Below, one piece after another: positions 53,069 through 64,000 of a stretch of 64,000 nucleotides of DNA. The translations under genes and the position numbers were made by a program. The stretch is from Eledone cirrhosa. Taxonomy: Eukaryota. Under the pieces are notes generated by a model. The model was not told where the DNA came from and made no database searches. It was given only the letters and a program-made list of their open reading frames with translations. The stretch lies in contig OZ024741.1 in NCBI GenBank assembly GCA_964016885.1, forward strand, positions 53,754,001 through 53,818,000. Reading direction: 5' to 3'. The stretch's first letter is position 1. Each line of letters begins with the position of its first letter.

Positions 53069-54826
53069 TGCAATAAAGTTTATAGAGACATACTCACGCT
53101 TTGAGCATAGATAAGTGTATAAAATTTATTAACAGCTTTGAATACCAAAAAAGGAAAAGTATAAAGGAAACTAACATAATAATGGTGATACATTCTCCTC
53201 TCTTTCTTTTTGTTCGCACAGGAGATAAGATTTGTTTACGCATAACTAGAATACATGTAATAAAATCTAAACATAAAATAGCATACACTGTAGTCAATAC
53301 CCACCATTTTATGTGTTGTAGATTGACTGTAAAATTAATGCTTCTAATCACCTTGGAGTTGTCTCGTCACGGAGATATAGCATTTCATTTGAAAGAGGTG
53401 AATTAGTGCTCTGAAAACCCATGCATCACACAAATATATCATTTTACTCCCCAGGAGGTTGTCTTTATAGTTCTACAGAAAGAGTACCTCGGTGATAATT
53501 ATATAACATCCCTTAATGGAATTTTTTTTTTTATTTAAAATTTATTTTTATTTATATTTGATTTCGTCCCCCCTCCCTCTTTCTCTCTCTCTCTAACTCT
53601 ATCTATATCTCTCTCTCTATCTATCTCTCTCTCTCTCTCTCTATCTATCTATATATATATATATTTATCTTTCTCTCACCCCCTCTCTCTCTTTCTCTCT
53701 CTCTCCCATTTCTCTCCCTTTTTTTTCGTATTTATATTTTTATTTATTTGTATTGCATTTTTTTTATTTGCATGTCGAATCAGAATCTGAAAGTAATTGC
53801 TATATCTAATGATCGACTTGACATTAATTATACATATTGATTTCTAGATGTTGGTACAAACTATTTTCTGGGGCGGGATAAACCAATGTCATGGGAGACG
53901 GGGATAATGATTTGAATATCTATGAAGGCGGTACTGAAATATGCCCAATGACCAATCATTAAAACCAATAAAATAATCAATAGATAGGGATATAATTATT
54001 ATTTTGAACACAGGCACCTGTTTAGTTGAGAAAGGAAGAATTATATTTGACTATATCGACCCCAATATTTGACTGGTATTTTAATTTAACTCCTTCTGCA
54101 TTAATACTGTTTCAAAACGGATTCTAATCTTTTTTCAAAACTAATCCATCAATGGATATTTTTTATGAGTGAACATAAACCAGTTATTAACTTGGCGTAA
54201 AATAATTTTAGTAGAGATCTGAATTTATTAGTTTAACGTAGAAATTCAAACAAGCCTGGATCTCAAAAATGACTAATTTGGCGCCGGTGCACAATAAATC
54301 TAAGGAATTTCTTATCATATTTCGACCGAGAATTTTATCAATTACCATTCTAAATTTGAATTTCCATTTCGTTTGACCCTCTATCTTTAATATTCTCTTA
54401 ATAAATAATGTGTTTATGCGATTAACGCGTTATCTTGTCACATCCTTCCAAGCCTCATCATCTAATCGATGGAAACATGAGAAATTAATGGTGTTTAAGC
54501 GAACTTAAAACAGTTTTTGTCAAATAATTATGTTCATGCCTAACAATCAAAAACGTAATTAAATATGAATTAAATACAATGAAAAACAAGCAATTTCTTT
54601 TTAAATACACATTGTGGACTGTAATGATGATAGTAGAATATGTATGCATGTAAGTATGTATGCATGTCTATATGTATTTATAGAAAACATGTCTATGTAT
54701 GCATGTAAGAATGTATGCATGTCTATATATATATGTATTTATATAAAATATGTCTATGTATGTATGTAAGAACATATTTATAACAATATGTCTATTTATG
54801 TATCTATTATCTAGCTACCTAGCATA

Positions 54827-54919
54827 TTTTTGCCTTTCATCCTTACGGGGTCGATAAAATAAAGTACCAGTAATACACTGGGCAATTGCTGGCCTTGTGC
54901 CAAAAGTAGAAACAATTAT
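54827..54919 (+). mobile_element. MetaSINE-like 3' fragment
   Basis: TTGCCTTTCATCCTTACGGGGTCGATAAAATAAAGTACCAG...GTAGAAACAATT. Confidence 0.8.
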
Positions 54920-55629
54920 ATCTTCCTACCTCTCCGTTTATTCATCTATCTATGGATAGACAGATAGATCTACATGTATATCTACAGGTATAACTCACAC
55001 TACGTCGATAATTGGTTAAAAGATTGTCGACTTAAATCCTCCTATAAACAACCAATTCCCTTTATTACATTATGCTGTATATTTGATTTTATATGATTTT
55101 ATTGTGTTTTTAGTTTTTTTTATGGTTTAAGATTTTTGACAGGCAGACGTAAAACTGAGTCAATCGATATAACGAGATATATATTCGCCATATAATACTT
55201 AATACACCACCAAATCTTCGCAAATGACGAAACTTAAAATATATAGGTATATCTCAGCTCACCATTCTTTTTTCTTTTTGTTTATAAGCGGTGAACTAAT
55301 TATAGCTGCCGGAAGTTATGAGAGAGTGACGTCGTCTGTGGATATACGTGTATAATGTTTGTGCGTGGGTGCGTGTTCCTATCAAATATTGTGCGCTTTA
55401 GTATGTTTTTATGTCAAATATTGTCAGTTGCAAAGGTTTTGTCAAGTTGCAGTAGTATGGATAATTTCGCTATTCTGGATTGAGTTACATGTTTGGGGGA
55501 TGTGTAGGTGTGCGTACATATGTCAAATGTGTGTCTAGTTGTAATTGTCAGTTAGATTTAACTATGACGCGTGTATGTATTATTATCTCTGGAGTTAGGT
55601 GTGTGCACATTTATGTTAAGTATTGCGTG

Positions 55630-56502
<873 letters not shown>

Positions 56503-56723
56503 AATTAAGTTAAAAATGTACATCTACATATGCATACTGAAATACTAGTATGCATATGAATACACACACGTATACATATGTAGATGTACCAAGTCTTTCA
56601 CTGGTTACTTTACTGTGAGTATCCAGCTATTCTGTATGTAAACACACAGACAAACCGGTTTTTAGAGTCATACTGGTTTTTGAGGAAACACCTTTCCTCT
56701 ATTCTCCAGAAAGCCAGACAAGG

Positions 56724-56768
56724 AATATTGAACTAGTTTCGTTGTTGTTACAACTCATCAGCAATATT
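56724..56768 (-). ncRNA. Minimal type I hammerhead ribozyme (mirror copy)
   Basis: Exact reverse complement of 57061-57105. Confidence 0.9.
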
Positions 56769-57060
56769 TACCTATCTACCGGCCTTTCTGGAGAATCGTA
56801 AAAGCACATATCGTTATATGCTTTTTCTATGAAAATTAGTAGTGGGCAGACTAATTTGCATAGAGTGTGAGTACGTACCGGTTCAACGGAGACGATAAAA
56901 ACAAATAACGAAACGAAATTAAATTTCGTTTCGTTTGTAACTCACTTTTGTATGACTGACGCTTTCTATGCAAATTAGTCTGCCCACTACTAATTTTCAT
57001 AGAAAAAGCATATAACGATATGTGCTTTTACGATTCTCCAGAAAGGCCGGTAGATAGGTA

Positions 57061-57105
57061 AATATTGCTGATGAGTTGTAACAACAACGAAACTAGTTCA
57101 ATATT
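57061..57105 (+). ncRNA. Minimal type I hammerhead ribozyme
   Basis: AAUAUUG-CUGAUGA-GUUGU.AACA.ACAAC-GAAA-CUAG-UU-CAAUAUU. Perfect stems I and II, palindromic stem III AACUAGUU. Confidence 0.9.
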
Positions 57106-57411
57106 CCTTGTCTGGCTTTCTGGAGAATAGAGGAAAGGTGTTTCCTCAAAAACCAGTATGACTCTAAAAACCGGTTTGTCTGTGTGTTTACATACAGAAT
57201 AGCTGGATACTCACAGTAAAGTAACCAGTGAAAGACTTGGTACATCTACATATGTATACGTGTGTGTATTCATATGCATACTAGTATTTCAGTATGCATA
57301 TGTAGATGTACATTTTTAACTTAATTGTTTAAGCGTCAGTCATACAAAAGTGAGTTACAAACGAAACGAAATTTAATTTCGTTTCGTTATTTGTTTTTAT
57401 ATAGATATATT

Positions 57412-57463
<52 letters not shown>

Positions 57464-57470
57464 CGCGCGC

Positions 57471-57509
<39 letters not shown>

Positions 57510-57719
57510 TGTGTGTTTGTGTGTGTGTATGTGTGTGTGTGTGTGTGTGTGTATGTGTGTGTGTGTGTGTGTGAATATAAATAAAATATATGTAGCAACA
57601 TACATGATAATTACACTGATATACATAAAGAAATATCATATGCTAAATATACACCCATACATACATAAACGTACATACATACGTGCATACATACATACAC
57701 AATGTGGAAGACATCCATA

Positions 57720-58370
57720 TACATAATATGAAAGAGTACTGGTGGAATGTTCCAGTAAAAACCCCAATAAAATGCAGGCATAACAGACCAGATATTATGA
57801 TATTGGACAGGGAGAAGAAAGCATGCACAGTAGTGGAAATTAGCTGCCCAACAGATGCCAATATAATATCAAAGATTAGCGAAGAGGAGAATATTTATGC
57901 AGAACTGATGAGAAATCTGCAGATACTCCACACTGATTACACCTTCAGATTTATGCCTGTGATTATTGGGGCACTGGGATATGTTAGTAACTGCCTCAAT
58001 ATAAATCTTGAGAAGCTAGGCTTCACAGAAACAGAAAGTACACAACTAGTTTGGAAATTACAAGTACAATCCATTATTGGAACAGTAACAATATGTAAAA
58101 CATTCCAAAAATTGTGCATCTAATAACTGCGTATACACACTGCGTATACACACAGATAAAAAGCATATATACATGCACACTTACAACTCAAAACATACAC
58201 ATACACACATACAATAACATCCATATCTACACATGCATGCATACTTAATGGACCTAGTTGATGTTCTGTAAATTCCAATGAGAGAGTCTTGTGTCTATGT
58301 TAGAAACCGACTCTATCTCTATTGGGAAAAAAATTGGGAAATTATAAAACCAGAAGAATATACACAAACT
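57720..58370 (+). mobile_element. R4/Dong-like LINE 3' end (RLE domain + 3' UTR) between (CATA)n tracts
   Basis: EYWWNVPVKT...HNRPDIMILDREKKACTVVEISCP...Y.EL...PVIIGALGYV...LQVQSIIGT. Confidence 0.85.
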
Positions 58371-58989
58371 TACATACATAAGTGCATACATACATACATA
58401 CATACATACATACATACATACATACATACATACATACATACATACATACATACATACATACATACATGGTGGCTGCCAACTCGTTTTCGAGTACGGCCAC
58501 TACTTTATATCCATGTAGGAGAACCCCTACTGATGCGCTGAACGAGTGTGACTTTTTAGTCCAGCCAGCGACTTGAAAGCTCTGGTACAAACACTACACT
58601 TGTGACAATTATTGACACATAGTGCTGGGCCCATGGTACCATGTGACGACAAATGCAGAGAGATCTCCAGATATAAAGCAATGCCTGTGCCGTGAAGCTT
58701 TTATAGTGAGCAAAGGCACTGCACAAAGCCAGTCCCACTCTCTTAACCAAGATGATATTTACCAAAAAGAAGAACAAGTCAACATCATTGGATACCATCA
58801 GGGTTGCAGGTGTTATATCAGAGTTTTCCTTCTAGAATTCTGCCTTAACAAAGGTAAGGGGTCATACGTACGTACATGCATAAATACATACATGCATATA
58901 TAAATACATACATATGCAAACATACATACATACATACATACATACATACATACATACATACATACATACATACATACATACATACATAC

Positions 58990-60060
58990 ATAGAAAGAAC
59001 TATTGCTCCTAGACTACAACAAAAACATACGAAATAAGTGAGGGTACCCTTGAGCCTGTGAAAGAAAAACTCTAAGATAAGAAAACACCAGGAAGAGACA
59101 TGATTGTCGGCTACTGGTACAAAAAACTGATATTCTATCGGAGGTATCTTACTGACCTCTACCAACAAGTTCTTAAGGGAGATACACTTATACTAGAATG
59201 GTTGACAATATCACAAAAATTACTGGTCCTCAAGAACAAGGAAACCCACTTGGCAAAAGACTACCGACCCATTGCCTGCCAGAACTTGATGTATAAGATG
59301 TATACAGCCTGCCTGAACCTATTCCTCCGAGATTATTGTGAAAATAATAACATCATCACAGATGAACAAGCAGATGGAAAGAAAGGGGTTTGGGGATATG
59401 CTGAACAACTCCTAATCAACAAAACTGCGATGTCGGATGTGCGACAACTTAGGAGGAATATGGCTACAGTCTGGCTGGATTACAGGAAAGCTTTCGATTC
59501 TGTTCCCCACTCTTGAATGATAGAGGCCCTCGAACTTGCTAAAGTCCCAAACATTATTATCAGAACCATAGAGAAGCTGTCTTCTCCTTTGGCTACTATC
59601 CTAAGGTTAAAGACAGAGAGGGAGGACTCTTTAGATTTATGCCTGTGATTATTGGGGCACTGGGATATGTTAGTAACTGCCTCAGTACAAATCTTGAGAA
59701 ACTAGGCTTCACAGGAACAGAAAGAACACAACTAGTAAGGAAATTACAAGTACAATCCATTAATGGAACAGTAAAAATATGTAAAACATTCCAAAGATTC
59801 TGCATCTAATAACTGCATATACACATGTACAGATACAAAGCATATACATATGCACACATATAACTCAAAACATACACATCCACACATACATTAACATCCA
59901 TACCTACACATGCATGCATGCAGACATACATACATATCTACCTAGTTGATGTTGTGTAAATTCCAATGAGAGAGTCTTGTGTCTATGTTAGAAACCGACG
60001 CTCTCTCTATAGGGAAAACATTTATGAAATTATAAAACCAGAAGAACATGCATACATACA
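58990..60060 (+). mobile_element. Internally deleted R4/Dong-like LINE (RT N-terminal half fused to RLE end + 3' UTR) between (CATA)n tracts
   Basis: WYK...KDYRPIACQNLMYK.YT...EQ...KKG.WG..EQLLINK...WLDYRKAFDSVPHS*; at ~59630 jumps to FRFMPVIIGALGYV. Confidence 0.85.
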
Positions 60061-60690
60061 TACATAGTTATATAATTACCAGCTTGATAAACAGCGGGTT
60101 GACAAATGGTATACGGGTTGTCACACGACATTACATAAAATGTCAGCTATTGTCGCCTTTATGTTACAATTATTCTTCCATACTTGTGCGCTTAGAGAAT
60201 TAAGTCCCTCTGTCTATAATCATTACTCAAGCTGTTTTGGTTACGTACAAATATTCCACTCAGTAACCTTAACAGAGGGGTGTTTCCATAGAACGGAATC
60301 ATACGATCTGAATTCAGCAAATTCAATTTATTTATCAGTTACAATAAGGATGTGTAAAAGAGTCTGCAACACGAAAAGGAAAGACGTTTCGTTTCTACTG
60401 GTATCTGATAATGTTTAAAATGTGTCAATATCAATAACAAAAAAAGAAGAAATAATTAAATGTATATAGTTTCTAGTACAAGTGAGACGGCAAACATGTC
60501 TGATGAATGAAGCCAATCAAGGAATTAAGATATCCAACCGGAGACACACTTTTACACACTAGGTTTCACACAGATAAATACACGTGCACGTACACATGCA
60601 CGCATAGAAACAACTTTATGTACATACAAACATGCAAATTTATAAATACATATACATATATACAAATATATATATATATATATATATATA

Positions 60691-60750
<60 letters not shown>

Positions 60751-60896
60751 TGTGTGTGTGTATATGTATATATGTATATATATATATATACATATACTTA
60801 TATATATATATATATATACAGATATATATATATTTATATATATTATATATATATACATATATACATATATACATACACATATAAACACACACACAG

Positions 60897-60931
<35 letters not shown>

Positions 60932-61385
60932 CATATAAATATATATATGCATCCATGCTTGTATATGTGTTTTTGAGTCCATATGCGTGTGTTTGCATGT
61001 GCGCCAGTGTCTAAGAACGCTTACTTGTGAACGAGGAAGACAGCAAGGGGAAATCTAGTTGTACAAATAATAGTTGTTTCATATAGTATAATCTATTGAA
61101 AGTCGAAACATCACAGATCATTTCTGGCAATCAAGACTCTCATATTCGATCTTGAGACGATTGTGGAAAGTGTAAGAAAAAAAATTGCGTTTAATGGACA
61201 TGAATTGAAGATATTTGAATATGGTGGCATGCATTGATCGGACGTAGTAGAGTAAAAGGATGTTTTGGTTGACAAGTTAACCTCTACCTGAAAAATAAGA
61301 AAGTAAGCGTTGTGGATAGTTGCAGTTTAGAGAAAATTAAATGAACACACACTCCTACTCACGCACACACACATATGTGTGTGGG

Positions 61386-61479
<94 letters not shown>

Positions 61480-61518
61480 TTACATATATATATATATATA
61501 TATATATATGAATATATG

Positions 61519-61644
<126 letters not shown>

Positions 61645-61645
61645 A

Positions 61646-61684
<39 letters not shown>

Positions 61685-61768
61685 GTATGTATATATATAT
61701 ATATATATATTTCCATATATATATATACATGTATATATACATATATATATATACATTTTTACATATAC

Positions 61769-61801
<33 letters not shown>

Positions 61802-62042
61802 CATACATTTATATATATATATATATACATACATATATATACATATGTATATATGTATGTATGTATGTCTGTGTGTGTATGTGTCTGCCTGTATGTGCAT
61901 TTGTGTGAGTGTTATATAAAAATGTAAGCCTTCAATTAATGATGTCTCTTCCTAACTTAAATCTCTCGCTCACTCTCTCACTCTCTCTCTCTCTCCACAT
62001 ACACAAATACACACACATTTATATATGCATATATATATATAT

Positions 62043-62080
<38 letters not shown>

Positions 62081-62539
62081 TTGAGAATGAAAGGGTGGGT
62101 GATGAATGAATTCTGTCGACACTTAAATTGATAGACACATGCAGACATACTACATAATAGTTCTACTTTAAACTCTCCATTCTTCCACTTCACCGGCCTT
62201 ACTCTCCTCTCTTACTTTATTACACTACTCAAAATTCCCATTTAATTACATTGAACTAAAGAATCATTCCATTACTAACCACAAACACTATTACCACCAC
62301 CAGCACCGACCAACAATACTACTACTACCACTACCACAGCAACCACCAAGACAACTACCACCACTACCACCACTACCACCAATACCACCAATACCACAGC
62401 AACCACCAACACAACTACTACCACTATCACTAACACAATCACTACCACAACCACCACACCAACCACCACCAAATATCACCAATATCCACAATCAACCCTA
62501 CAACTACGACCAACACCATCACTACATCACTACCACCAC

Positions 62540-63100
62540 AACCACCACCAACCACCACCAACCACCATCACCCCAACCACCACCAACACAACCACCACCA
62601 ACCACCACCAACACGCACTACCAACCACCACGAATTACCACCAACATGAGCAACGTCATCGTCACTAACTACAACCATCGCCCCAACCACCACCAACCAC
62701 CACCAACACAACCATCACCACAACCACCACCCTAACCACCACCAACACAAGCACCAATACCACCGACCCGACCAACAACACTAACACGACCAACGTCATC
62801 GTCACTAATCACAACCATCACTCCAGCCACCACCAACCACCACCAACACAACCACCACCACAACCACCACCCTAACCACCACCAACACAAGCACCAATAC
62901 CACCGACCCGACCACCAACACTAACATGACCAACGCCATCGTCACTAACCACAACCATCACCCCAGCCACCACCAACCACCACCAACACAACCACCACCA
63001 CAACCACCACCCTAACCACCACCAACACAAGCACCAATACCACCGACCCGAACACCAACACTAACATGACCAACGCCATCGTCACTAACCACAACAACAT
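62540..63100. repeat. 140-bp ACC-rich tandem repeat (~4 units) next to (ACC/ACT)n low-complexity DNA
   Basis: CAACG(T/C)CATCGTCACTAA anchors at 62651, 62791, 62931 and 63071. Confidence 0.9.
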
Positions 63101-63618
63101 CGCCACCAAATACAAAGAAATCATTTCACCTTCGAGTTGACCTAACTTTCTAATGCCCTCACAATTCTTGTCACTTCCGTTTCACATTGCAAACCTTCTG
63201 CCATCGTTTTTTCAATATGGCGTTCATTCGCTTTGTTGAAGAATTTCAAACTAATTGTTTCCACTGAGATTCTATAGAATTAGAGTTAATTCTATAGGAA
63301 TTCTGGTCAATGGCCATCCATCAGGATACTTCGAACCATTTCCTTTACATGGATTTCTTCGATTATTTTCATCAGCATGAAGTAACGTATACCACAGGGA
63401 AGATGTGTGTTTGTATGTGTTTTCTGTGTGTTGTGTGTGTGTATGTTACATGGGTATGTGTGCTGTTGTATGTGTGCGTTGTTTCGGTATGTAATGTGTG
63501 TGTAGGTGTGTATGTGTGTGTGTATGTGTGTGCGTGGAGGCGGGGGGGGTGAAACAGAGACAGAGACATAGACCAGAGCCAAGGATTACAAATATATATT
63601 TATGGGTCTTTTCCGCTA

Positions 63619-63650
<32 letters not shown>

Positions 63651-63651
63651 C

Positions 63652-63775
<124 letters not shown>

Positions 63776-64000
63776 TATATATATGTGTGTGTGTATATAT
63801 ATGTATATATATCAATCTCTCACTCTCTCTCTCTCGTTACACATATGTGCATGTGTGTGTGTGTGTGTGCGTGTGCATGTGTGTGTGTGTGTGTGCGTGT
63901 GTATGTGTGTATTTATGCGAACATATATTTTTGTATACAAGTGGGGGGGGGAGATAAACATTTCTAAAAGTCGACACAGTTGCGAATAGATAATGAATTT

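Noticed and set aside
58465-58865. Complex, non-repetitive segment between (CATA)n tracts
   Set aside because: No recognisable motif in any frame; probably an unidentified TE fragment, needs BLASTX.
63296-63400. Possible small exon after CTATAG
   Set aside because: No polypyrimidine tract, no recognisable product, and no partner exons in the window.

Overview
AT-rich, microsatellite-saturated animal DNA with no recognisable host protein-coding exon. The SINE and LINE content points to a mollusc, probably an octopod cephalopod (inference). Nearly all long ORFs in the track are simple-repeat artefacts. The real content is a dense set of decayed retroelements: (i) Penelope-like elements (PLEs) of two GIY-YIG types, two of them large foldback insertions in (TA)n; (ii) about a dozen type I hammerhead ribozyme (HHR) motifs from several unrelated families, including non-coding, highly structured ~440-470 bp retrozyme-like units, one circularly permuted and one tandem; (iii) CRE-like, R4/Dong-like, RTE-like and Tx1/L1-like LINE fragments; (iv) many tRNA-derived MetaSINE-like copies, tandem non-autonomous Helitrons, ~100-bp Tc1/mariner-type MITEs and two minisatellites. 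The most interesting signal is the PLE/hammerhead system. It shows a repeated long-arm/short-arm palindromic integration pattern in (TA)n, a 28-bp deletion starting at a predicted ribozyme cleavage site, and non-autonomous ribozyme units sharing an ATGCAAAT octamer. All calls were made by eye; no searches or folding programs were run.
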